63,608 nt of DNA, filler included, from Octopus bimaculoides (GCF_001194135.2; 9 parts of 8 records of this genome joined end to end with filler, not necessarily neighbours in it); one strand, 5' to 3'. Shown: positions 12,628 through 25,659, numbered from the whole stretch's first letter. Numbers and translations: made by a program. The notes: generated by a model from the letters alone, not told the origin.

Positions 12628-13380
12628 CTACAGGAAAATGATTGGCATCATATGTCAATCGATGCATTATCAGAAAAATTCAATAGTGGAATAAATCAGT
12701 GTACAAAGTGAATTTCCGATGAAAGCGAGCTTTTATCCTGACTTCTAGGGGAAGCCATTCATATAGTGTGTCTACTCATTTACTCCCTAAGAGACACAAA
12801 TTGTTTTCACATGACAGTGCAGAAGACAGTGAAAAGGAAAAATAAAACTATATTGCAAATATAGAAAGTAAAGTATTTTTTATCCATGTTTTATTCTCTC
12901 GAAATATTCCAAGAAATTAGCCTCGCAGTCATCCTTTTGAAGAAAATCTCTTGATTTTCAAGTCTACTTATATCGATGTTCAGAAATACCGATGAAAGCA
13001 TGCTCGAGAAGTTTTTAACTTTAAGTGTAACAATGCATTGTTCTTTAGTTTGTTATTAAAAAAAAAATATGAAAATATATCAGAAAGGTAAAATATGATA
13101 AAACAGAGAAATCTTCAAAGGAATTTTTTTCCCCGTTTTAGCTGAAACGGGAAAAAATAAATATTTTCCGCGGTAGGTCCTTTGTGCGTTTCGATAATTT
13201 TAGCCAACGGCGTCCTTTTTTGTATGGAAGACAATACAATGAATACAGTTCCCTTTCATGAAAAGAATTCATTCTTTCGGTATAGAAATTACGCGTTACA
13301 TTATTTGTGTATAAAAAACAAAACTATTAAAACAACTTAAATCAAATTTTAGGCAAAAGTTTAAATACGAAAGGCGTAAT

Positions 13381-13530
13381 ACTAGCTTTGTGAATTTCAG
13401 CCACATGGTTCTGGGTTCAGTCCCACCACCAAAAAACTTTGGAAATGCCATCTCCTACAATATCCCTGGACCGACCAAAGCGTTCAGCATCAATTTAGCA
13501 GGCGGAACTAAAAGAAGCAAGTCGTATAAG
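13381..13530 (+). mobile_element. SINE family A, degenerate 5' half
   Basis: cacatggttctgggttcagtccc ... ccgaccaaagc ... aaagaagc. Confidence 0.75.
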
Positions 13531-13659
13531 TCGATTCCACTAAAATAAAGGTATATGCAATGACAATTAGTTTTATTTTGTTGTGTATATCAATCTGTGT
13601 AAAAGACCAGTCTCACTGGGAATAGAACCATGGATTTACAATATAGAATGGTGATGGAC

Positions 13660-14100
13660 TATAGGTGTCACGGGTGCCATGCTTTTGCCTGTTTTGTTAC
13701 TAAGTATGGTGCTTTCTTGATGTCATGCTTTAAGACAAGTTTTAACATTCAGTCGTCAGAGTTTTTCAGGTAGGTATTTAGGCCAATTGTCGCAATCTTC
13801 ATTATTAATTTCCAGATGTAAAAGTCCACGGTCGCCCTCTTTTCATGGCAGTTTAAGTCGTTCTCTATATTCCTTAGGGTGGTGCATTCTACGCATTGTC
13901 AGCCATTTTCGTAATTTTCTGTCAAGATTACATATTTCAATAACTGACCAGTTAATGATATTGAAACTGTAAGTCACGTCCGGTATGACTAGAATATTGA
14001 TCTCTTCGATCCTGTTTCTTGCATTCAGCTCTGTCTTGAGTATTGCTCTTACCCTGCGATAACATTCTCATCTGACCTTTTCCCTCATCATTGAATGTTT
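13660..14100 (-). mobile_element. R4/Dong-type LINE fragment, RT thumb region
   Basis: ECYRRVRAILKTELNARNRIEEINILVIPDVTYSFNIINWSVIEICNLDRKLRKWLTMRRMHHPK...RLKLP*KEGDRGL matches the R4 thumb signature (HPK..RLY.PR..GGRGL). Confidence 0.85.
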
Positions 14101-14164
14101 GAACCTCCTCTTCCTCCTCCTCGTCCTCCTCTCCCTCCCCCTCCCCCTCCTTACTCCCCTTGTG

Positions 14165-14272
14165 GGCAGTAAAGAAATAGGTATTTCGTGTGCCGCTACG
14201 CTCTGAGTTTAAATTCCCCCTGAGGGCGACTTTGTCTTTCATCCTTTCGGGTTGTATTTATCTATTTTTTTC
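14165..14272 (+). mobile_element. SINE family B fragment
   Basis: ggtatttcg...gactttgtctttcatcctttcggg. Confidence 0.7.
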
Positions 14273-14690
14273 CATTTCCATCTTGACTATTCCTGAATCG
14301 AAAGGGCAAGCAACATCAACTATATAGTACATCTGGTGCACTTTGTCGACTACAACTAAGTCCGGTTTGTTATGCTCTAGCACCTGATCTGTTTGGATTG
14401 GGAAATGTCGGAGGGTTTGAAAGTCTCCCACACTGCCACTCTCTGTGGTTTGTGCTCACACCACGTCTTGTCTCTCTCTCTAGCCTCCACTTTTCGCACA
14501 GTTTCCAGTGTAGCACTTTCGCTACCTCATTGTGTCGTCAGAACTTATATTGTTTTTTGGCAAGTCTAGGGCATTCGTTCATGATATGGGCAATGAATTC
14601 GTACACTCTATTACAGATGCGGCACAGCGGAGACACTTGCACATTCCTAAAGTTGACCCACCAATTCGTGTCGGAAGGTTGGTCTTGCGC
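14270..14690 (-). mobile_element. R4/Dong-type LINE fragment, CCHC knuckle + restriction-like endonuclease
   Basis: CRICNRVYEFIAHIMNECPRLA...RHNEVAKVLHWKLC...IQTDQVLEHNKPDLVVVDK...IVDVACPFD...EKIDKY; contains frameshifts and stops. Confidence 0.85.
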
Positions 14691-14894
14691 TACCAGTATA
14701 GTACTCACAGTTTCTTTTTCAGTGTTCCTTTCTTTAGTTTATCCCACCGAAAAAGAACATTGAGAATGCTGAAAATCTATTACAGTTTTTTTCTCGTAGA
14801 AGGAATAACACAGAAATATAACCAACATAAGATAAAATTCGTCGATATAATATAAATGATTTGTATATAGATTTATCACTTTTTAGATTATTGG

Positions 14895-15640
14895 TAACGT
14901 ATGAATCTTGTTTGTAAAAATATCTTATCAAATGAAGATATGAATCCAACATGTCTAAAAGGCCACTTTAAAGAAGGTTCTTATATATTACAAATGCAAA
15001 AGGTGAAGAATATATTTAGAAGATGCCCAACTATAGATTGATTTAGAAATCTCATTATGATATAAAACATGAAAATTATCTCATTGATTTATATAAGGAA
15101 ATCACATGTAGTAGCTAAATGCGGCAAGCCACACACAATTCAAAAGAATAATAATACCCTTATTTTCTGAAATTCTTATTCCGATCCTTAAAATAGATTC
15201 AGATGTTCTAAAATGGGTTGCTCTCACTAATGATACAGTATCTCACTGGATCGATAAAATGGGTAAGTTATTGAATGTCAGCTGTACATGGAACTTAGAA
15301 GGACAGAATATAGCAAACATACTCGCAATTCAGCTGCGTGATGCAACGAAGGTTTATTGATGGTTTATGTGTGTTTTGTTAAAGAAAGGAAAATCGATGA
15401 AGAAATGTTGTTATTCTGCAAAACGTTGAAAATAGATACCAAAAGGGAAACAACATTTGAAGTTTTAAAAAGTTACTGCAAAAACACAGATTCTCTTCAG
15501 CAATTTGATATCTTACGTTAAATGATGGTGCGCCATCTTTGACAGATCATCGGGGCTGGTCTGGTGTCATACAATAAAAAGGAAATGCTTGGATTTATGT
15601 ACCATTCTTTGTACAAGACATCATATTTTCTTTAACGTCT
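14895..15640 (+). pseudogene. Buster-type hAT transposase relic, N-terminal/catalytic part
   Basis: Fragments CKNILSNEDMNPTCLKGH, VAKCGKPHTI, VALTNDTVSHWIDKM, LMVYVCFVKEG..EEMLFCKTL and DGAPSL occur in the canonical order. Confidence 0.8.
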
Positions 15641-16037
15641 TAGTTTGCAGTTTTCCTTACTCGGACAATATTTACTGTAACTAAATCTGGTTTCGAGCCC
15701 TGAACACTTCACTGTTAAGTCAATTATAGGGAGTGATAATAATAATATATTAACACTACTCCTCCACATATCAAAAGACCCTATTAAAAATACTTTTTTC
15801 CTAGATTATGCACAGTAATTGTTTATCTTTTGTCTTTTACTCGTTTCAGTCATTTGACTGCGGCCATGCTGGGCACCGCCTTGAATGGTTTTAGTCGACC
15901 AAATTAACCGCGGGATATTTTTTAAAGCCTCGTACTTATTCTATCGGTCTCTTTTGCCGAGCCGTTACAAGACGGCGAAGTAAAAACACTAACATCGTTT
16001 CTCAAGCGGTAGTAAGAGACAAACACGAATACAAAGA

Positions 16038-16092
<55 letters not shown>

Positions 16093-16236
16093 NNNNNNNN
16101 NNNNNNNNNNNNNNNNNNNNNNNNNNNNNNNNNNNNNNNNNNNNNNNNNNNNNNNNNNNNNNNNNNNNNNNNNNNNNNNNNNNNNNNNNNNNNNNNNNNN
16201 NNNNNNNNNNNNNNNTATATATATATATATATATAT

Positions 16237-16290
<54 letters not shown>

Positions 16291-16292
16291 CA

Positions 16293-16437
16293 ATTGAAAT
16301 TTATAGAAAAGGAAAAGACGAAGACAGGTGTAGGAACAACAAGCAATTGTATTAGTTTCAGGCTCTGGAAAAATGATGAAGTCCTTTACATTTCGAGCTT
16401 ACGCTCTTCAACAGAAAGGGATAACAGAAAAATAAAC

Positions 16438-16440
<3 letters not shown>
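16293..16440 (-). mobile_element. short non-autonomous repeat carrying a hammerhead-like motif (copy 1)
   Basis: Homologous to 22576-22710; flanked by microsatellites. Confidence 0.75.
16383..16418 (-). ncRNA. minimal hammerhead-like motif, CUGUUGA core variant
   Basis: cttt-CTGTTGA-A-GAGC(GTAA)GCTC-GAAA-TG-TA-aagg: 4-bp stems I and II; A6 is replaced by U. Confidence 0.5.
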
Positions 16441-16469
<29 letters not shown>

Positions 16470-16699
16470 GGGGGGGGAAAGAGAGGGAGAGAGAGAGGGA
16501 GTGAGTGAAAAAGTAAAATATAATATATATGCGACGGGATTCTTTCAGTTTCGTCTACCAAATCCACTCTCAAGCCTTGTGAGGCTATTGTAGAAGAAAC
16601 TTGCATTGAGACTGAACCCGGATCCATGTGCTTCGGAAGCAAGCTTCTTACAACACAGCTACCTATGTTGAATTTTGCTGAATTTTATTTATAGATTTT

Positions 16700-17100
16700 A
16701 ACGACCATCAAGCAAAAGTCAAATATAATTTCGTCACAGAAGTGAAGCTTACTTGTGGTGTTTATGACAAGATGAACAATCAACATTTGCAGATGCTGAG
16801 AAAGCAGTTTTAATCGAGGAGGAATGCACTCAACTGGTTTATGAATAAAATTCAATTGTGCTGGCGAAGCTTTAACAGGAAGGAATTCTATCAGTTTAAA
16901 TAAAATTTAGAGATGTCAATACAAGGACCGACTCTAAGTATGTATTGCAGCTGAAGGAAGATTTTGAGACAGGATTTAATAATTTGATGAAATTTAGGAT
17001 TTCAACTGATTACCAAATACGTTTGTATACAAAATTGGAACAAAGTTGATTAACAGCACTTTATCAATAACTTGATAAATGAACAGCACTCAGCGACATG
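16700..17100 (+). pseudogene. Buster-type hAT transposase relic, C-terminal part
   Basis: KMNNQHLQ, FMNKIQLCW and LQLKEDFETGFNNL resemble the LN..LQG / F..KL.LW / L..EF..RF blocks. Confidence 0.6.
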
Positions 17101-17589
17101 AATCGAATAATATATCTAGAGTATGATTAAATCTTATTAAGTAATGCTTCTCAAAAATCCAGCGCTATGAGCAACATTATAATACACACGACGTCAAGTT
17201 TAGTAAATGATATTACGTTAATATCGCTTACCAAAATTTCAGGATGGGTCAGTAACAAACATGTAACCGTAAAGTCTCCGCCTAAACAGGTTATTGAGGA
17301 AATCTCATCAAGTGCCTGTATGGAAGAATAAGTTGGTGGCGAATCACTTTTCAGGGACAATTTACGCAACGTATGCAATTCTAAAGGGGAAGGAGAACGT
17401 AAACGGTATCTCCTTGTAAGGACCATGGAAACGACTTGCCCAAATACACGGATTATCATCTTGATAGTCTTGATGTTGTTGTTGTTGTTGTTGTTGCTGT
17501 TCTCCTCCTCCTCCTCCCCCTTCTTCTTCTTCTTCTTCTTCTTCTTCTTCTTCTTCTTCTTCTTCTTCTTCTTCTTCTTCTTCTTCTTT

Positions 17590-18100
17590 ATTGTATTTGC
17601 GCAGCTTCTAACGCTGGAGATGTACTACGTTGCTAGCTGTTTACAGCCAGGGAACAATGTTAACACCCTCTAATTTTTCGAGCATCACCCGAAGCATTGG
17701 AGCGGATCCAAGCAGTGCTGTTTTCTCTTAGTTCTCCACCCCTATTGCAACCCCTATTTGCTCAATGTACTTCTCAAGATTTTTACTCACTGTTTCCAGG
17801 GGTCCGATAATTATTGGTACTACTACCACCATTTTCATCCACAACAATTGCTTAACCTCCCAAGCTAACCTGTCATATCTATCGACTTTTCTTTCTTCCT
17901 TATCGCATACCCAGTTGTCAGCTGGGCATGCTATATATATGACCCACCATCGTTTGCTTTCTTTCTCCAGATGTCACTCGAAAACCTTTGACTTTCAATG
18001 TTATCTAGTATCAACCGTTCTTCTATACACTTCCCGTTTATTTATTTCTAGGATCTTTTCTGGTCTACTCTGAATAAACTATTCTGCTGGTATCCCGTCA
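17590..18100 (-). mobile_element. R4/Dong-type LINE 3' end abutting (GAA)n
   Basis: IACPADNWVCDKEERKVDRYDRLAWEVKQLLWMK.VVVPIIIGPLETVSKNLEKY...TALLGSAPMLR, then a short UTR, AATAAA and the microsatellite. Confidence 0.85.
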
Positions 18101-18809
18101 TTCTTTGGTCGTATCTTACCATCTTTGCTTTCTTTGCAACGAGGCACAGTTTCAGTTACTCCATTAACACGTTCAGGCCCTTTCTTTCAACATCATACAC
18201 CCTCTTCAGTGCCCTGTTTTTTGTTCGCTTTTAAGCCCCCACCCTCCTTCTCTTTTCCATCTAACACAGAAATGTCCTTCAAGAGCATATCTAACCCCAC
18301 CTGTTTTCTTCTTTTTCACCATAGATATTTTCTTTTCTCACTCCCAGTATATTTCTGTTTTATTGCAATAAACACCCACTTTTCTGCTACAACAATACTT
18401 GCTGCCTTAACCAAATTATTTGTTTCTGTGATATGTTTTGTTCTGATGTATTTTAGAATTTCATTCACATGTTTCGTTTCTTGGTTCAATTACCACCGTT
18501 ATTCACAATATTTTTTTCCTCGTCACTTATATGAAGTAGTGATTATCAGATTGCACAATTACCAGTGTTTTTATTGAGACACCATCACTAAATGTATCAA
18601 CTATCAGAGCATAGGGAGATTCCAACTGCTTTCTTTCATTATTATTATTATCATCACTGATATTATTATTTTCATTTTTTACTATTTGCCATTGTCAATG
18701 TTTCCTTTGATCCGACATGAGTTTTGGCTAAATTATTATCATTATCATTATTATTATTATCACTATTATTACCATCATTATTATTTTCATTTATTAGTAA
18801 AAGGTATTA

Positions 18810-18900
18810 TTAAATGCTGTTTACCCAAGGTGACACGCAGTGGGACTAACCCCATGTGGTTAGTAAGCAAGCTACTTACCACACAGCCACTCCGGCGCCT
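18810..18900 (-). mobile_element. SINE family A 5' fragment
   Basis: cccaaggtgacacgcagtgggact...cttaccacacagccac. Confidence 0.8.
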
Positions 18901-19109
18901 ATAAATTATGTGAGTTTATTAACCCCACATTACAGTAAAGTCTAATATTTGTACCCTCAGGGATTTCTTACTACACATTTCTTACTCGCTTTAACATCAT
19001 ATGACATATGTACGTATTATAATCACATTTGTGGGCAGCTACTATCCATAATATATGTGGTAACACTTCATAACTTACATTTGTTTCCACATGTAGGCTT
19101 TCCAAGAGT

Positions 19110-19260
19110 CCTTATACTTTCGGTGCATCAGAAAAGTAGTTTCTGTTTCCTACTCCTGTATTGCAAAGGAATATCCTTCAAATGAGCGCTAATACTCCTG
19201 TGGTTATTTCGAGATGGACTGCTCTGGTTGTCTGTGTTGCTGTCAATTTGAAGCTTTCTG
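19110..19260 (-). mobile_element. BEL/Pao-like integrase scrap
   Basis: TTRAVHLEIT followed by a degenerate ...FSD; TRAVHLE is characteristic of BEL/Pao integrases. Confidence 0.45.
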
Positions 19261-19821
19261 GGAGTACAAAAGGTGGAATATTGAGAGGCAGCAAAATGTA
19301 GAATGTCTATCATGGACATAGAATTAGGAAAAGAGGCAGAAATAATAGTCAAATATATACACATATAAACAAAATAGAAGACATACATATACGCATACGT
19401 GCCAATATATGCATATTATTTAAAATACATATATTTGTAAAACACTAACGCATCGGTGAAATTAGATGTATGTAAGGGCATATATTACACAATGCAGAGC
19501 ATGTATTTATGTGTGTGTGTGTGTCAGCGTTTCTGCATGTATTTATGTATACATATATAAATATATAAGTATAAAAATAAAATGTATATAAATACATAAA
19601 TAAAATACAAATTGTGTATAAATGTATACATAAATGTACATAACGCATATATATGTAGTGTCACTGCCCGAAATGGTTGTGACTTCTGGGACTTGACTGA
19701 TGAAAGAAAAATAAGAATGACCCGTCTTTTTTCCCTGTCCTTCTAATTGTTGTTTCTCCGTTCGCCTTCGTATCGTCTAGATATTCGAACATTGTAATGC
19801 CCTCTATTGCGTTTTTGTTCC

Positions 19822-19869
<48 letters not shown>

Positions 19870-20094
19870 GTTGAAGTGGCTAGCTGCACTTTAACACCAA
19901 AAAGGTACAAATATATTCGTCACTAAAAAGACTAAATATGCAATTCAACACCACCATTGCTTGAAATAAAAGTGAAAACTAACCTTGGAAGAGAACAAAG
20001 CATTTTCTGTTCAACAGAGCACTTTTTATTCACTGACAAGGGAGATAACTACCCCACAGCAAATAATATACATATATAAACACATATATGTATA

Positions 20095-20317
20095 TATGAG
20101 GAGGTACTGAAAAGTCCCTGGTTTTCAGGGTGTCACGAAATGCATGGTTGGAGGCCCAATTCCTCAGTACTTTTACAGGGTTTAGAAAAACTGAAGGACT
20201 CCTGCAGTAAGTTTGTGAATCTGAGGAGGAGAATATGTTGAATAGAATCATAATGAACTGATCCTCTTGTATCGCCTTTTATCCCAAACCGGGAACATTT
20301 CAGCGCGCCCTCATGTA
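20095..20317 (+). mobile_element. mariner-derived MITE
   Basis: TIRs atgaggaggtactgaaaagt / catttcagcgcgccctcat in TA context; contains the transposase C-terminus GLEKLKDSCSKFVNLRREYVE*. Confidence 0.8.
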
Positions 20318-20373
<56 letters not shown>

Positions 20374-20589
20374 CATCTATCTATCTATGTGTGTATATAT
20401 GTATATATANNNNNNNNNNNNNNNNNNNNNNNNNNNNNNNNNNNNNNNNNNNNTTAATTAATTAANNNNNNNNNNNNNNNNNNNNNNNNNNNNNNNNNNN
20501 NNNNNNNNNAAGAATGCCTCACGTTGACTACCGTAATAAACACATTTTTACCGAATGCAAGAAATGCATCTTCAAGGAAGGACAATATA

Positions 20590-20764
20590 GGACAAATATA
20601 GGAGAATCATTTATTTATGATTTCATCCAATCCATTCCCTCCTCAGATTCACACACTTATTCCAGCTGCCTTTCAGTCTTTCTAAGTACTGTAGAACTCG
20701 CGCTCCAGCCAGGCCTTTCGCGACACCGTTACATATTAGGAACATTTCAGAACCACCTCATATA
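20590..20764 (-). mobile_element. second copy of the same mariner MITE, opposite orientation
   Basis: Reverse complement aligns to 20095-20260. Confidence 0.75.
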
Positions 20765-20940
20765 TTTATATGTATATATGTGGGGGGGGGGAGTTTGTGT
20801 GTGCGTGAGCGCACGTGTGTGTACATATGTGTGCGTGCGTGCGTTTGTAATGGGTTTATTGCTTGTTACGTTGGATGCGGATGACAATGTAAGACTATAT
20901 ATGATCGTCTATATACTTACACAGTATACATACATATATA

Positions 20941-21100
20941 AGGCGGCGAGTGGGCAGTGTCGTTAGTACGCCGGGCGAAATGCTTAGTGGTATTTCATCT
21001 TCACCCTGTGTGTTCAAACGCCGCGGGGTCGACTTTGCCTTTCGTATTTTCGTGGTCAATATGGGTCGATGTAATCTACTAGTCCCCCCCCCTTGTCCCT
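20941..21100 (+). mobile_element. SINE family B, degenerate
   Basis: aggcggcgag head; gtcgactttgccttt. Confidence 0.8.
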
Positions 21101-21120
21101 ATAGTAGAAAGTATTAAACA

Positions 21121-21192
<72 letters not shown>

Positions 21193-22575
21193 TGTATGTG
21201 TGTGTGTATACGAGAAAGATAGATACGGAATAAACTATGCCTGAAAGATAGGTAGGCACAATCGTACGTTGGCATATATAATCAATTTAATAATGATAAT
21301 AGGTATTTTTTTAAGTTGACATCTTTTATTATAGAATAAACATATTCGTTATTTCATTTCATCGTCATTGTCTAGATACATATAAAGTCTTTCCAGTTAT
21401 TTAATAAGTTTCTCACAATGTTTAATAAATATAAGTTAAATTTTATATTACTCGCATCGGTCTTGAATTAATATAATTTTATAAGAAATAATGCGCCCGT
21501 TTAGGTCGTAAATATCTAAATAAATATTTCAAACCAGGATAATTTCTACAAAATATTAAGTATATAAAAATATTTTAGTCAGAATGTACATAAACCTAAA
21601 GTATTATATATAGTAATCTCCAAAGAGTATAAAAACTTTTATCTGATCTATAAAAATATATTAGAACGATGAATTTTGCCGAATTTATTTTACATTTTAC
21701 ATTCGACTAACACGTGATTTTCTGTCTCTGAGATCCTTTTTTTTCTGCTAAAACAAAAACAGTTTCTTAATCCACACAAAATAAAATTAATGAGTATCCG
21801 AACCTGAATTGAAGTGGAATTTGATAACAGGATTGTTACTGCACTGAACAAAATTGCTATTATATTTGATTACGCTCCAGTTTAAATCCCACAGAAATTA
21901 TTTTTAACTTCGTTGAAATAAATAGCAGTTCATTCCTTGCTAGTGTTATCCCTCTGTATACTTTTCCCCGCCATGTATACTTTTCAGATGTTGTGCTTAT
22001 GCTAGAAATAATTGTTAATCTTTAAAGACGCAGTCACCTAATTCTACTTTGTTCATATCTACGTATGCTTTTCAATGTTAATTCACAGTCTTTGTAGATA
22101 GAATCGATTTAAATATCCATACGCCCTCCCAATTGATATGTTTCGGCGCCAAATTAAGAAACACTTTTAAATATACAATAAAGCTTAAATCAATATTAAC
22201 AGCAAAATATAGAAATTATTGATATTAACGTTACTACATAAGATTTATTTAGTACTGACTCCATTAAATAGAGTAACCATTGGCTCAATTTAAGTGCTTT
22301 TTGAAAAGAAATACCCACTCAGCTCTACAAAGCGATTTACAATAACATAATTCCTGTTGCATTCTATGAAGGCATCCACGGTTTTTATTTTTTATCACAT
22401 ATATTACCAATAGTAAGTGAAATATACTTACATAATGCACCGAGCATTTTGTAATAAATATTGCGTAACGTTATATAGTACATTATTGTAACATTCCATT
22501 TTGCCCATCCCTTTCTCTCTATATGTATATGTGGGTGCGTGTGCGCGTGTGTGCGTGTCTGTGTATATATATATA

Positions 22576-22710
22576 GTTGGAATTTACAAAATAAAACGAA
22601 GATAGGTATGTAAACAACAAACAGGTGTATTAGTTTAACGCTAGGGAAGGTGAGAAAGTCTTTTACTTTTCGAGTCTACGCTCTTCAACAGGAAGGAATA
22701 CGAGAAAATA
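22576..22710 (-). mobile_element. short hammerhead-motif repeat (copy 2)
   Basis: CTGTTGA-A-GAGC(GTAG)ACTC-GAAA-AG-TA at 22660-22696; homologous to 16293-16440. Confidence 0.75.
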
Positions 22711-23746
22711 GAGAGAGAGAGAATAATATATATATATGCAAGAAGCTCTTATTTCATTATGACCGGCCACCGTCTAATGATGCTAATTAGTGAGCTCAAT
22801 AGTTGAGATGCTATACACTATACCAACAGAAGGAATGAAGATGTCACCAAAAGAAAGCAGCATTTATAAATTCAGTCAGCAAACCCCACTGCATGGCAGC
22901 AATACTTGACCTGCTGTTGAGTTTAGGCATGAAAAAAAAAGAATGTACTAGCCATCTTAATATCTGGTAAATAAATAGAAAAATAATTCGAACACCACCA
23001 CACGCGCACCCATCCCCATTTAACTACTATTCTTTCCTCTATCACCCACTACTCCTCATCAACAAATACAAATATAAATGTCCACATCCTTCTGTGTTCT
23101 TCCACTAGTGTTATATTGCGTGAAGAAATGAACCAATGATGATGCTGACTTGGATGTCCACAGATAGTACGGACTACACAGTAATTATGACAGGAATACG
23201 GACTCTGACCTTAAAAGTCATCTGATTTGTGGAAACGCGCGTAACGATGCATTAAATGTTTATAAATTCCATCCTGGGATTATTGTTATATATATATATA
23301 TATNNNNNNNNNNNNNNNNNNNNNNNNNNNNNNNNNNNNNNNNNNNNNNNNNNNNNNNNNNNNNNNNNNNNNNNNNNNNNNNNNNNNNNNNNNNNNNNNN
23401 NNNNNNNNNNNNNNNNNNNNNNNNNNNNNNNNNNNNNNNNNNNNNNNNNNNNNNNNNNNNNNNNNNNNNNNNNNNNNNNNNNNNNNNNNNNNNNNNNNNN
23501 NNNNNNNNNNNNNNNNNNNNNNNNNNNNNNNNNNNNNNNNNNNNNNNNNNNNNNNNNNNNNNNNNNNNNNNNNNNNNNNNNNNNNNNNNNNNNNCATATA
23601 TATATATATATATATAAGTACATTTTTGTTGCTTTTCTTCAAATTTTATTCACCAAATCTCTTGATTTTGTTTTGGGTTTTTACCCTACCAAATTCTAGT
23701 GCCACAAACATTTTAAGTACCACATTTACTCTTTTGATTAAATCTA

Positions 23747-23828
<82 letters not shown>

Positions 23829-25609
23829 TTCATTTTCATAACGTTAATGTTGGGACACCGTATTCAGGAATTTTAGTTGAATTAATCAAGGGTAATACTT
23901 AGTCTCCTCATAACGCCTAATTATTTTATATTTCTCTTTTGTAGTAATTTATTGGGAAAGGTGATGGTGACACAGTCATAGACATAAAACACACACACTC
24001 ACACACAGACACGCTCACACTCTCATACACACATATATACGTATAAACCATAAAAAGGCATGGGAGGTGGTTATGTGGTGACCTAGTTTTCCTTATCTGC
24101 ATTCATTTATAAATATATAATCGCATTGAATAATGCACAGCATGCATGTCAACGCAGACATGAAAACATATTTTATTGTAAAGTGAAATTAGTATTATAG
24201 AGTAAAGGCTGCAAAATGGCAGTAATCCTAAAGATGATAAGCGCTCAATTAAATATATTCACTACTCACACCTCCTGATTTTTGGATTATATATGTATAT
24301 ATATATATATATATNNNNNNNNNNNNNNNNNNNNNNNNNNNNNNNNNNNNNNNNNNNNNNNNNNNNNNNNNNNNNNNNNNNNNNNNNNNNNNNNNNNNNN
24401 NNNNNNNNNNNNNNNNNNNNNNNNNNNNNNNNNNNNNNNNNNNNNNNNNNNNNNNNNNNNNNNNNNNNNNNNNNNNNNNNNNNNNNNNNNNNNNNNNNNN
24501 NNNNNNNNNNNNNNNNNNNNNNNNNNNNNNNNNNNNNNNNNNNNNNNNNNNNNNNNNNNNNNNNNNNNNNNNNNNNNNNNNNNNNNNNNNNNNNNNNNNN
24601 NNNNNNNNNNNNNNNNNNNNNNNNNNNNNNNNNNNNNNNNNNNNNNNNNNNNNNNNNNNNNNNNNNNNNNNNNNNNNNNNNNNNNNNNNNNNNNNNNNNN
24701 NNNNNNNNNNNNNNNNNNNNNNNNNNNNNNNNNNNNNNNNNNNNNNNNNNNNNNNNNNNNNNNNNNNNNNNNNNNNNNNNNNNNNNNNNNNNNNNNNNNN
24801 NNNNNNNNNNNNNNNNNNNNNNNNNNNNNNNNNNNNNNNNNNNNNNNNNNNNNNNNNNNNNNNNNNNNNNNNNNNNNNNNNNNNNNNNNNNNNNNNTATA
24901 TATATATATATATATATATTAGCCTTTATTTATTCACATATTAATTAAGTAAATATTTGTATCTCAAGTATTTCAAACTTAGCATGTGTAATACAGTACT
25001 TGTATATTATTCTGATTAATGAAAGCTATAAATAACCATTTACTGTGTCTGTATACAATATAGCAACTCAGTCTTTATATACGTTTGACTTATATGATAA
25101 GACTTCCTCTGTTTCATTATAAACTGGTCTGCTAGTAGAGAACCCTCCCCTTTAGTAGCTTGTAAGCAAACCCTATAAATTTTAAAACTATATGATCCAT
25201 GTTTACTGTCTATACTGTTTACCCCTTACCCTAAAAAGAATATGCCATTGTCCCCTTAAACTTTGGATCTCTAGGTCTGATAAAATAGTCCACAAATATG
25301 AACCCCCCCCCCCGCAAAAAAAACAAATAAAATCAGTAACAGTTAAAATCTGCTTGGAATTATTTACTAGCCTGTATGGTCTGGCTAAATCAAAAGCTTT
25401 TTTGTATTCCTCCTTTCTATTTGAAGAGTTTAGATATAATTATAAAAATATATCCTTCTGTTCTAATGTAATTTCCTAAAATTTTTATGTCTTTGTGCAA
25501 CTGAAGATTGCTCTACATTTTATATTTGATGTAATGTTTACATTGTTAGATAAAATGGAGTCGCATGAAACGATCGTACTGCATTAACTTTGAATAACCT
25601 TGTTTATTT

Positions 25610-25659
<50 letters not shown>

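Larger units (their letters stand above)
15822..16665 (-). mobile_element. SINE family A with expanded central microsatellite, inserted in the hAT relic
   Basis: 3' half at 15822-16040 and 5' half at 16530-16665, separated by (CT)n, a gap, (GATA)n, a nested element and (GA)n. Confidence 0.8.

Noticed and set aside
17151-17459. 102-aa minus-strand ORF as a host exon
   Set aside because: No good acceptor, sandwiched between decayed TE sequence and a microsatellite, no recognisable motif.
23200-23260. GAAACGCGCGTA hammerhead-like 3' half
   Set aside because: No CUGANGA core or stem II upstream.
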